From an uncultured Peptococcaceae bacterium (GTDB lineage Bacteria; Bacillota; Dehalobacteriia; UBA4068; UBA4997), in NCBI GenBank assembly GCA_937897635.1, contig CALCQI010000029.1, positions 15,748 to 79,747 of the forward strand: a DNA stretch of 64,000 nucleotides. The letters are read 5' to 3'. The notes under the pieces were generated by a model. It searched no databases. It was given only the letters and a program-made list of their open reading frames with translations, and was not told the origin of the DNA. The position numbers were made by a program, and so were the translations under genes. Shown piece after piece: positions 30,401-38,309 of the stretch. How positions within the stretch are numbered: the first letter of the stretch is position 1; every line of letters begins with the position of its first letter.

Positions 30401-31005
30401 TAAGGTGTTTTTAAGCTTTTTATCCAGTTCAAGGGGTTTGGCATACTATAGCTGAAATCTGCTGTTTGCAAAACCAAACTGCGCAAATTTTCATCACCTA
30501 CACCCCTGTTATAATGGCTAAGTAAAAGCTTGAGCGGTGAAGGCTCCATTAGGTAATATTCTTCAAACAAATCATCCAACACCTTGGTTTGCAAAGCTGA
30601 AAGCTCCGCCTGGCTGCCAATGCGAATTTTAGAATCTAAATCCAATAAATAAAAGTATTTTGTGATAATATCCAAACAAAAAGCATGCAGTGTTGTTACA
30701 TGAGCCCTTTGTAAAAGTGAAAGCTGGCGCCTTAAATGATCGTCCGCAGGGTTTTTAAGCAAACCTTCGTTGATAGCCTTGCCCAAGCGGTGGCGCATTT
30801 CCGCGGCAGCGGCATTGGTATAAGTTACTACCAGAAGATTATCCACATCCACAGGGTTTTTACTATCCATTATCCTTGTGATGATTCTTTCGATTAAAAC
30901 AGAGGTCTTGCCCGAACCTGCTCCCGCGGCCACCAAAAGGTTTTCACCCCTGTTTTCGATAGCCTCTTTTTGGCTTACTGTCCAGCTTCTACTCATCAAC
31001 CTCAC
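27472..31005 (-). CDS. addA: ATP-dependent helicase/nuclease subunit A (UvrD-like helicase plus RecB nuclease)
   Basis: 1177 aa; Walker A AGAGSGKTSVL and a C-terminal RecB-nuclease motif (DYKSG). Overlaps addB. Confidence 0.9.
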   Translation of the reverse strand: MRLMSRSWTVSQKEAIENRGENLLVAAGAGSGKTSVLIERIITRIMDSKNPVDVDNLLVVTYTNAAAAEMRHRLGKAINEGLLKNPADDHLRRQLSLLQRAHVTTLHAFCLDIITKYFYLLDLDSKIRIGSQAELSALQTKVLDDLFEEYYLMEPSPLKLLLSHYNRGVGDENLRSLVLQTADFSYSMPNPLNWIKSLKTPYEEGSAETWLKYLVEAAAEDIKGLSLLINKAVAYCREEQNGLQKYLPVIGEEAKSLNRLADSDFAGWNNFAEAVNKLEFARLPVITAKAGADEDIKKRVQNLRNSVKDGIKAIKTHYTAYTEEAMSVQISRLAPMATALVDLTEAYCKAWQQTKKSKKLLEFNDLEHYCLQLLTDEKNGVTADLQSCFTEIFVDEYQDINQVQEAILNALARGNNSFMVGDIKQSIYRFRLAEPGLFMGKFHAYGSYNGGKRIDLQHNFRSEAGIINAVNFIFRQLMVGESTEIDYDAKAALISGKDEENTVPVELNIIAVGKEEMADEENEEFLENLDGAQKEARVIGKRIKQLIAEGAKYKDIVILLRAARTRSVIMAKELAGMGIPVLTDAVDNYYENAEFQTIFSFLKVLDNPRQDIELAALMHSAIGGFSLEELAEIKAENSEGDFYDALKAAQNSKALFFWQNLQTWRQRVKQGSISEFLSQIYRETGFYSFAGALSDGNIRQHNLRSLKAQALDYEKYSYKGLGGFIDYLERNLEQGQVPAGFKSGADAVTIMSIHRSKGLEFPIVFVAGLGRPFNLTDIKRDVLLHRDMGLGLRCVDLEKNIKFNTVSHRVLAHKIKAESLAEELRILYVAMTRAKEHLILTASSRNLVKAVMRGASFMDLASWQFSPGVIKQCSSYLDLLILALIRHPAGAALTDWAGLAHEEWQQDFLEDKSRFLINIVNNITGTESVKAEAMNSYELKKIFEDEAIVDEVLDDKLAYELSWRYPYAVATKIPSKWTVTELNQKNKDVMEQAKVDFVQEEQRSVLAEAAGLNYARRGIILHFLLENIDYNGDVDLQIESLLEHITDAETQLLAGDKQSIRNFFASATGARLKKAEKVFRELQFIYALPAKELETLLASDDKILLQGTIDLVFKEAEGWVIVDYKSGRSVGKTDAELLDAYGKQLSLYAKAFTEICKEPVKEAMLYFLGSNHVVKLK

Positions 31006-34000
31006 CCCCTGCCGCTTCAGCCATGGCTGCTATAGCTTCCTCATTGCTTAATTCGGGCTTGTCTGCCATAGGCAAATCAGCCGTCTTCTCAGTAGCACAC
31101 AAGGCATTATAATCACAATTATCACAGGCCAGCATATCCCCGTAAAATAAAGGTTTGGGGGCTGCAACACCCGCCATTACGGCATTAAGGGTGTTTTGAA
31201 TCTGCTTATACAGGAATTTTTGGATGATTTGATAATCCTGCTCACTGATACCACTGTTTTTACCGAAGCTGCCATCTTTTTTAATATAAACGGGCATTAC
31301 CTTGCCGTTCCCACTTTCAATGGCTTCTGCCAAGGCAATACTTTCGGGGGTAAGCAAGGCAAGACCTTTTAATTTAAGGTTTTGATAAGGCTTTGTATAA
31401 TAATCCGGTTCATTAACAAGCTGGATATTTTCCCGTACAGAACTATAAAACATACCAGCAGGCTTAGCCTCCTTGGCATATTTTTTAGCTGCATCGTTCA
31501 AGACGGCCTGCAAATAAACAGGCATTTGCCAGTTGATACCGTTATAAATATCCACAGGGTTCAAGTCCCTCTGAGCCATTTTGTAATCGATTATCCTATA
31601 GTAAGCTGTATCACCAATTTCAGCTTTATCTATGCGGTCGATAAAACCATGCAGGCCAATGCTTTTTTCATTGTTCAGCGCCACAGACAAACCTTCAATA
31701 GGCGCACCCTCACCAAAATAAGCTTCCCACGCTACAGGCACAAATTTGCCCAAAGCAAGCTGTGTAGTTATATCCATTAAGGCATTTACAGCTACATTGA
31801 TCATTTTGATTTTGATATATCTGTTTTTACCGTCCGCCGCTAATATACCGCCCAATTTAGGATCGGATAAATTTTCTACAGCCTGCTCCACAAGTGTTTT
31901 TAGCATTGCTTTATTCACAAGCGACCACTCTGTTTCCGCATGAGTTAGCTCTGCCAATACCGTAGCCAAAATTTCATGGTATATGGTACCTATATCAGGT
32001 ACTTTTACTTTATATTCCTGCCTGGGTTTAAGCTTTAAGCCATAATTTGCAAAATAGCGGCAAGGACAATAATTAAAGCTTTCCAAACGTGAAATACTGC
32101 TGGTTTGCATATTCCCATAAAGAGCTTGTACTTTTGCTTTGCTTAATGGATTTTGATTGGGCTTATAGTAAATGCCCTGCACTATTTTTCCCAGCTCATA
32201 GGCGTATTCGGGAAGCTCTTTAAAATAATTGTAAATTTGCCGTAATTCAACAGACTCAGTTTTACCTTCTTTAAAGTTAAGTAAGGCTTCACGCAGATAA
32301 TTCAAACCTGCCTTGCCGCCTGTTATAACTTGTTTGCCGCCTTCTTCAACGGTAAGGTTGGGAAAAAGCGCCAAAAGATTGTTCACAAACAAGGAAGGTT
32401 CAAGGCTTTGGCCGTCATCATCATTGGCAACATAACTTACATAAAGTTTTTCACTGCTGCGGCTCAATGCCAAATAAATTAAATAATTTTCCTCCAACTG
32501 CTGCTTGCGTTGGCTTGGTGCAAGCTTTATGCCATAGTTAGGCAGCATATCACGCTCTGAACTGTTGAGTAGGCTATCTTCCACAACTCTTGCAGGAAAA
32601 ACACCATCATTGGCACCCATTACAAATACCGCTTTAGCATCGGGGGTACGGCTTTTGGCAATATCGGAAACAAATATTTCATCCAAAACAGGCGGTATGA
32701 GCCTGGTTTCCAGTTTGCTAAAGCCACTTGCCAAAATTTCTGCTAAATTTTCAAAAGAAAGCTTGTCCTCACCCAAAAAATAGCTTATTTCCCCAATCAT
32801 ATTCACTATGCCTTTAAGTATGTAGTCATTCTCTTCAGCTTTAATCATTTCACCTGCCAAACGCAGGGTTTCCGCCTGTTTTTTTAAGGTAGTTTCTACA
32901 TCTAAATCAGTTAAAAGCTCAAGCAGGCTTTGGCAAATCAAAGTAACAGTTGGTTCGTTTTTTAATTTATCAGCAAATTTCTTCAATGCCCTTACTGCCT
33001 TGAACCTGATTTGATTCACCGTTTCCAGATTTTGTGCTGTATCCTCATTTTTATTTTTACTGTAGTATTTGCTCCAAGGCTCAGCTTTTTTCCAAGAACT
33101 GCTCCTTATACCGCAGGCAAGGCAGTAATTTTCCAAAATATCTACTTCTTCATCCTCTACAGGTATAAGACCGCATTTAAGATAACGGAAAACTGCTTCA
33201 TGCTGCCAATCCTCCGACATTACCTGCAAAGCCGCCCCAATAAGCTCCGCTACAGGGTGATATATCAACGGGCGTGGTATATCCATAAAACAGCTTAAGC
33301 TATATTCCTGAAAAATTTCGGGCAGCAGGCTTTCATAATCTGCGCTGTTACGCAAAACCAAAGCTATATCCTTTTGCCTGTAGCCGCAGTTACGGCACAA
33401 ATTAACTATTTTACCCGCAATACACCTTATTTCAGCTTCTTTATCATTGTTTTTTATAATATGTATATTTTTTGCTTCAGCGCAGGCAGTGTAGTCAGCA
33501 AAAGCAAAGGCCTTTTCCACCAAAGCCAAATCAGAGCTTTGGCTGTAACGCTTGCCTGCTTGTAAATTTATGTATTCAACGGGTATACCGTTTTTTTCAG
33601 CCAAATGGAGCAATATCTTATGGCTTTGCCAGGTGTTGGCAAAAATATTACCTTCTTTAAGTTCAGTTTGTTTAATAAGCTTGGGCTCTAAACAAAAACC
33701 TATATAGACCTCCGCGCAATTCTTTAAGAGGCTTTCTATAACTTTCATTTGGGCCGGGTTGAAATCCGTAAAACCTTCTAACCATACTTTTGCATTCTTG
33801 AGCCAATTTTTATTGGGGATAGCCTGAGCGGCCAGGCTTAGGGAGGTGCTTTCATCCAAATAATCTTTGCCTATTATATGCATAAGCTCTTCGTAAATAA
33901 GGGCTATATCATTCAGCTTATCTGACGTTAAACTTCTTTTATCTTCTTTTTTAAGCAAAAAAGCCGCCTCAAAAACAGCCTTGGGCTCTATTTGATAGCG

Positions 34001-34393
34001 TTCCATTTCTTTGATTATATTCAATAAGTTAGCCACAAACCCACTATGGCGGGCAGCCTTTTTAAAAACCGAAAGTTTTCCCAAGTGCTTTTTTAAACTT
34101 TGGCTAATGAGCATTGCTTTGCCCATATCGTCCAGCCAGGGCAAATTTGCCCAAGGCTCGTCCTTTTTGATTTTATGAACAAGCCTGCCAAAGCTCAATA
34201 TTTCGCCACGAATACTACCGCCAAGCCCCGGATAAGCCGCCAATGTCATTTCATTTATCAAGCTAGCCTGATCGGGCACAACCATTATTAAAGGATCACC
34301 CAATGGACTTTTTTTTAAGTCCTCGGCAATTTGGTTAATACAATAAGCGGTTTTACCGCTGCCGGCCCTACCCAAAATAAAATGCAGTGCCAT
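30989..34393 (-). CDS. addB: ATP-dependent helicase/nuclease subunit B
   Basis: 1134 aa; N-terminal GRAGSGKT and a C-terminal Fe-S Cys cluster (CDNCDYNALC). Confidence 0.9.
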   Translation of the reverse strand: MALHFILGRAGSGKTAYCINQIAEDLKKSPLGDPLIMVVPDQASLINEMTLAAYPGLGGSIRGEILSFGRLVHKIKKDEPWANLPWLDDMGKAMLISQSLKKHLGKLSVFKKAARHSGFVANLLNIIKEMERYQIEPKAVFEAAFLLKKEDKRSLTSDKLNDIALIYEELMHIIGKDYLDESTSLSLAAQAIPNKNWLKNAKVWLEGFTDFNPAQMKVIESLLKNCAEVYIGFCLEPKLIKQTELKEGNIFANTWQSHKILLHLAEKNGIPVEYINLQAGKRYSQSSDLALVEKAFAFADYTACAEAKNIHIIKNNDKEAEIRCIAGKIVNLCRNCGYRQKDIALVLRNSADYESLLPEIFQEYSLSCFMDIPRPLIYHPVAELIGAALQVMSEDWQHEAVFRYLKCGLIPVEDEEVDILENYCLACGIRSSSWKKAEPWSKYYSKNKNEDTAQNLETVNQIRFKAVRALKKFADKLKNEPTVTLICQSLLELLTDLDVETTLKKQAETLRLAGEMIKAEENDYILKGIVNMIGEISYFLGEDKLSFENLAEILASGFSKLETRLIPPVLDEIFVSDIAKSRTPDAKAVFVMGANDGVFPARVVEDSLLNSSERDMLPNYGIKLAPSQRKQQLEENYLIYLALSRSSEKLYVSYVANDDDGQSLEPSLFVNNLLALFPNLTVEEGGKQVITGGKAGLNYLREALLNFKEGKTESVELRQIYNYFKELPEYAYELGKIVQGIYYKPNQNPLSKAKVQALYGNMQTSSISRLESFNYCPCRYFANYGLKLKPRQEYKVKVPDIGTIYHEILATVLAELTHAETEWSLVNKAMLKTLVEQAVENLSDPKLGGILAADGKNRYIKIKMINVAVNALMDITTQLALGKFVPVAWEAYFGEGAPIEGLSVALNNEKSIGLHGFIDRIDKAEIGDTAYYRIIDYKMAQRDLNPVDIYNGINWQMPVYLQAVLNDAAKKYAKEAKPAGMFYSSVRENIQLVNEPDYYTKPYQNLKLKGLALLTPESIALAEAIESGNGKVMPVYIKKDGSFGKNSGISEQDYQIIQKFLYKQIQNTLNAVMAGVAAPKPLFYGDMLACDNCDYNALCATEKTADLPMADKPELSNEEAIAAMAEAAGGEVDE

Positions 34394-34488
34394 AAGCTTT
34401 ACCTCTTCTATCCAAATTATAAGGCTATTTTTTTCTTCTTATATTTTATTAATCATAATTTATCAAATTTGAAATATTAGCAAATAAA

Positions 34489-35295
34489 CTATAAAACTAT
34501 TTTTTCTTCCTTACCACCTACAAAAAGGCTCATTTCCTTAAAGCCTGCTTCCTTTACAAGCTGATAAGCCTCTTTTAAGTCTTCACCTACAGAATAGGTA
34601 CGGTGGGCATCGGAACCGCAGGTTATAATGGTGCCGCCCATATCATGGTAACGTTTGATTATCTTAAAAGAAGGATGTGGACCATTAAGGCCATAGCGCC
34701 AACCTGAACTGTTCACCTCGATACCGCGCCCTGTTGAAATAAGCTCCCACAATATATCCTGCACCAAAAGCTTGCATTCGGAAGCTTCAAAACTGCGGCA
34801 GGGATAATCTGCAACCCTTAAAATCATATCTAAATGCCCCAGAACATGAAAATAAGTATGAGCTTTAATATTTGTTAAAATTTCTTCCAAATAGGCTGTA
34901 TAGGCCTGCAATTGATTCTTTCCCGCTGTAAAACTGCCGTCATAAATATCACACCTTTGACAGGAATGAACCGAACCAATAATGAAATCAGGTTTCATTT
35001 TTTCTACAAAAGCCCAGTTTCTGTCCGCAAGGTGTGGTTGCATACCTATTTCCACACCGCCTAAAATTTCTAGCTTGCCTGCAAATTTCTCTTGAACACG
35101 TTTTAGGTTTTTATAATATTCTTCAATATCAAATACTTTATCACCTAAGCCAGGATAATCAAAATCCACATGGTCGGTATAGGTGATACCGCTGAAATCC
35201 AAATCATAAGCTATTTCCGCTATCCTATTCATAGTTAAGTGTGAATCAAAAGACATTTGGCTGTGCAAATGACAATCATAATAACCTGTTCTCAC
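34489..35295 (-). CDS. PHP-family phosphoesterase (HisJ-type histidinol-phosphatase-like)
   Basis: 268 aa; PHP metal-binding motif (DCHLHS..HVDF...GSDAH). Confidence 0.55.
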   Translation of the reverse strand: MRTGYYDCHLHSQMSFDSHLTMNRIAEIAYDLDFSGITYTDHVDFDYPGLGDKVFDIEEYYKNLKRVQEKFAGKLEILGGVEIGMQPHLADRNWAFVEKMKPDFIIGSVHSCQRCDIYDGSFTAGKNQLQAYTAYLEEILTNIKAHTYFHVLGHLDMILRVADYPCRSFEASECKLLVQDILWELISTGRGIEVNSSGWRYGLNGPHPSFKIIKRYHDMGGTIITCGSDAHRTYSVGEDLKEAYQLVKEAGFKEMSLFVGGKEEKIVL

Positions 35296-35318
35296 ATGAA
35301 CCGCCCCTTCTTAATATT

Positions 35319-37115
35319 TTAGTTTACCAAATACTCCGCTTTCAAAAGCCTTTGATAAAGCTGTTCATCTACTTTTGCTTCCACATAAATGCCTTCATTG
35401 CGATATTCCTCCAAGCTGATAGCGGCATCATTATGAAGTGCCGCAAGCATTGAAGCCTTGCTATAAGGCAACAGCACTTTTACAAAATGAGCGGCTCCCG
35501 GCAGCATTTCCGTGATTTCAGCCAAAAGCTCAGCTAAGCCGATCACCTTTTTAGCGGAAATAGCTACAGAATGCTCATAATGACCCAATAATCTTTTTAA
35601 GTAGCCCTCGCTTGTAATAGTATCCACTTTATTTATGGCAATAACAGTAGGCTTGTGTTCAGCTTTAAGATAAGACAAAACCTCTGTTACGGCCTTTACC
35701 TGCTCTTCCACTTCACTACCCGAACCATCCAAAACGTGCACCAACAAATCGGCTTCCACAACCTCTTCCAAAGTGGCTCGGAAAGCCGCTACCAAATGAT
35801 GCGGCAGCTTACGGATAAAACCCACTGTATCCGTAAGCAGTGCCTGACGGTTATCGGGCAGGGTAATTTTTCTGGTAGTAGTATCTAGTGTGGCAAAAAG
35901 TTTGTCCTCCGCCATTACATCAGAACCCGTTAAGGCATTCAGCAATGTGCTTTTGCCTGCATTTGTATAACCTACCAAAGCAATTACAGGTATGCTTTGG
36001 CCGGTTCTTTGTTCACGATGCAATTTACGGGTTTTAACTACTTGCTCCAAACGGCTTTCCAGCTCCGTTATCCTTTTGCGGATATTCCTGCGGTCAGCCT
36101 CCAGCTTGGTTTCGCCGGGACCCCTTGTACCTATGCCACCTCCCAAACGGGAAAGCACCTCGCCCTGCCCTACCAAGCGTGGCATCATATAGCGTAGCTG
36201 TGCTAATTCAACCTGGAGCTTGCCTTCATTGCTTTTGGCTCTGCCTGCAAAAATATCCAAAATAAGCATGGAACGGTCTATAATAGCTTTACCTGTTGTC
36301 TCCTCCAAGTTTCTGATCTGTACAGGAGAAAGTTCATCATCAAAAATAATGCTGTCTATACCTAAAATTTGGCATTTAAAGCGCAGTTCTTCCAGTTTGC
36401 CTTTGCCTATATAGGTTGCAGCATCAGGTACGGAACGTTTTTGCAGCATATTATCTACCACTACCAACCCTGCCGTATCAGCAAGCTGTTTCAGTTCCGC
36501 CAAACTGTATGAAGACATGGCCTCAGTGTCCCTGCCGCTTATAGCTACCAAAAGCGCCTTGGGAGCATCTTTGATTTCCTCATGAAATTCCAGTTTTTTT
36601 TCGGCTTCCTTTTCGATAAGCGAAACCTGTGCCTGCATATCTAAATTTAAGATACTTCCCAGATTAGGGTAAAGCAAAGGTTGTGGCAAATTTTTACCTA
36701 AAATCCCCCAAGCCAAACCCACATTAGTGGTTTTGCCTTCCGCATCCACACCTATTGCAACTATGCAATCAAAGCGTAAAAGCGGTAAAGCCGTTAAATC
36801 CACCATACTTAAAGTACCATCACCGCCCGGATGTGTATGAATACAGCGAAACCCCGAAAGACGGCTTTTAGCTTCTCTGCCTTTTAAGGCTTCCAAAGAA
36901 ACAGAATGATTATCCCCTACTTCAACATGGTTGATATGGCCTTTACGATCCACATAAAGCAAGATTTCCTTATTGATATTCGCTGTAATAACAGCAAGCT
37001 CATCCGCCAGTTCTTTAGAAACTATTTGGTTGCCCTGTAAAGTAAACTCTGTGAGCTTTTCAATTTTAGACAACCAAAACTTGCTTATACCACTAACATT
37101 TCCCTTGATTTCCAT
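35319..37115 (-). CDS. hflX: GTPase HflX with an N-terminal JAMM/MPN+-like extension
   Basis: HflX N/M domains and G1 GYTNAGKST, G3 DTVGF, G4 NKVD. SD GGGGAGG 4-5 nt before the ATG at 37115; the ORF track runs to a TTG at 37157. The extra N-terminus carries E..HTHPGGDGTLSMVD. Confidence 0.85.
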   Translation of the reverse strand: MEIKGNVSGISKFWLSKIEKLTEFTLQGNQIVSKELADELAVITANINKEILLYVDRKGHINHVEVGDNHSVSLEALKGREAKSRLSGFRCIHTHPGGDGTLSMVDLTALPLLRFDCIVAIGVDAEGKTTNVGLAWGILGKNLPQPLLYPNLGSILNLDMQAQVSLIEKEAEKKLEFHEEIKDAPKALLVAISGRDTEAMSSYSLAELKQLADTAGLVVVDNMLQKRSVPDAATYIGKGKLEELRFKCQILGIDSIIFDDELSPVQIRNLEETTGKAIIDRSMLILDIFAGRAKSNEGKLQVELAQLRYMMPRLVGQGEVLSRLGGGIGTRGPGETKLEADRRNIRKRITELESRLEQVVKTRKLHREQRTGQSIPVIALVGYTNAGKSTLLNALTGSDVMAEDKLFATLDTTTRKITLPDNRQALLTDTVGFIRKLPHHLVAAFRATLEEVVEADLLVHVLDGSGSEVEEQVKAVTEVLSYLKAEHKPTVIAINKVDTITSEGYLKRLLGHYEHSVAISAKKVIGLAELLAEITEMLPGAAHFVKVLLPYSKASMLAALHNDAAISLEEYRNEGIYVEAKVDEQLYQRLLKAEYLVN

Positions 37116-37162
37116 AAAACCTCCCCAAAACCATAAATCATATTCTAAATTGAACAAAAAAT

Positions 37163-37867
37163 TTATTCCCAGGCAAATATGCCTTCATAATTTCCCGTTA
37201 ATGTTATTTCATTAAGATTGCCAACTCCGAAACCATATTGATGAGCCAAAACCAAATATTCCGCATCCCTAGTATCTGCTCCTGCATAAAGGGCAGACAA
37301 GCTATCCAAAGCAACGGCATCTGTAGAAGCAATTATAAAAGAAGGCTCATTACAGGTATTGGCCTCCACTATCAAATTATCCACGATATTGAATTGAGGT
37401 GTTAAGGTTTGGTATAGATCCACCAGTGCCCTTGCCGAATGGGTGGCCGTAAATTTATCCTTAGCTGCATTACTTAAAAGCGCTGTTAAATTATATATAG
37501 AAAGCGCAAAAGCGTTGCGATTCAAGCCAGCCATTGAGGCAACATTAAAAATAACATCCGCCTTGGCGGCTTTTTCGTATACTTCTATTTCCTCCACCAC
37601 CAAGGGTTCAGGTACTTTTACTTTTGTAAAAGTGTTGTTAGTTAAATTTGTACTTAAAGTAATATTTTCAATACCTTTTTCCGCTAAAGCTTCCTTAAGC
37701 GATTCTGCTAAAAACACAGCAGTGGCAGAGTGAAGATTTATTAAAACCACAGCATCGGGAAACAAAAAATTATTTATGCCGCCAAAAGGGGTAAAGATGT
37801 TTTGCAAAGCCTGTGTGATACTTTTTTTATCATCTTTATAAGCCTGCTCTACCGCAACTAAAGACAT
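37163..37867 (-). CDS. DUF362-like protein
   Basis: 234 aa; C-terminus IIASTDAVALD..YLVLAHQYGFGVGNLNEITLTG matches the DUF362 C-terminal region. SD AAGGAG 7 nt before the ATG. Confidence 0.45.
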   Translation of the reverse strand: MSLVAVEQAYKDDKKSITQALQNIFTPFGGINNFLFPDAVVLINLHSATAVFLAESLKEALAEKGIENITLSTNLTNNTFTKVKVPEPLVVEEIEVYEKAAKADVIFNVASMAGLNRNAFALSIYNLTALLSNAAKDKFTATHSARALVDLYQTLTPQFNIVDNLIVEANTCNEPSFIIASTDAVALDSLSALYAGADTRDAEYLVLAHQYGFGVGNLNEITLTGNYEGIFAWE

Positions 37868-38013
37868 TTGGCAACTCCTTAAGGTTATTTTTTAATACTG
37901 ATTATAAATAACTTTTTTATACAAATACACTTTTGATTTCATCTTTAATTATATAACATAGGCAGCTTAATTCCTAGTGCTTATTCAAAAATATGGTTGC
38001 AGAGGTGCTTTTA

Positions 38014-38043
38014 GAACAATAATAAGGCCACTCTTTTAGAGAA
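38014..38043 (-). terminator. Intrinsic terminator downstream of the MoaD-like gene
   Basis: AAGGCCACTCTT-TTAGAG-AAGAGTGGCCTT perfect 12-bp stem with a U-rich tract on the minus strand. Confidence 0.55.
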
Positions 38044-38065
38044 GAGTGGCCTTAAAAACATGGTT

Positions 38066-38299
38066 TTAACCGCCCAATACCACAGGTTGAATAACTATAT
38101 GATCGCCATCCTTGAGCAGTTGAGTTTTTTCTACCATGGTTCCATCTATACTAACAAGTTTTATTAGGTGGGCAGGAATATTAAAGTGGGTAAAAACTGC
38201 TTCTACTTGAGTATCCTGCTGCAGTTCAAGGCTTAAAGGCTCACGATGCCCCGTATATTGTTTTAAATAACCCTTGAATTCAACTGTAACGGAAATCAT
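38066..38299 (-). CDS. MoaD/ThiS-family ubiquitin-like sulfur-carrier protein ending in Gly-Gly
   Basis: 77 aa; beta-grasp pattern (..LKDGDHIVIQPVVLGG*). SD AGGTGA overlaps the ppdK stop, 6 nt before the ATG. Confidence 0.65.
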   Translation of the reverse strand: MISVTVEFKGYLKQYTGHREPLSLELQQDTQVEAVFTHFNIPAHLIKLVSIDGTMVEKTQLLKDGDHIVIQPVVLGG

Positions 38300-38309
38300 G
38301 TTTTATCAC

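Noticed and set aside
34489-35295. PHP protein downstream of hflX as a possible partner in a system with the second PHP protein at 55347..56093
   Set aside because: The two PHP proteins are not obviously paralogous (different lengths and motif spacing) and lie 20 kb apart in unrelated contexts, so this is likely coincidence.
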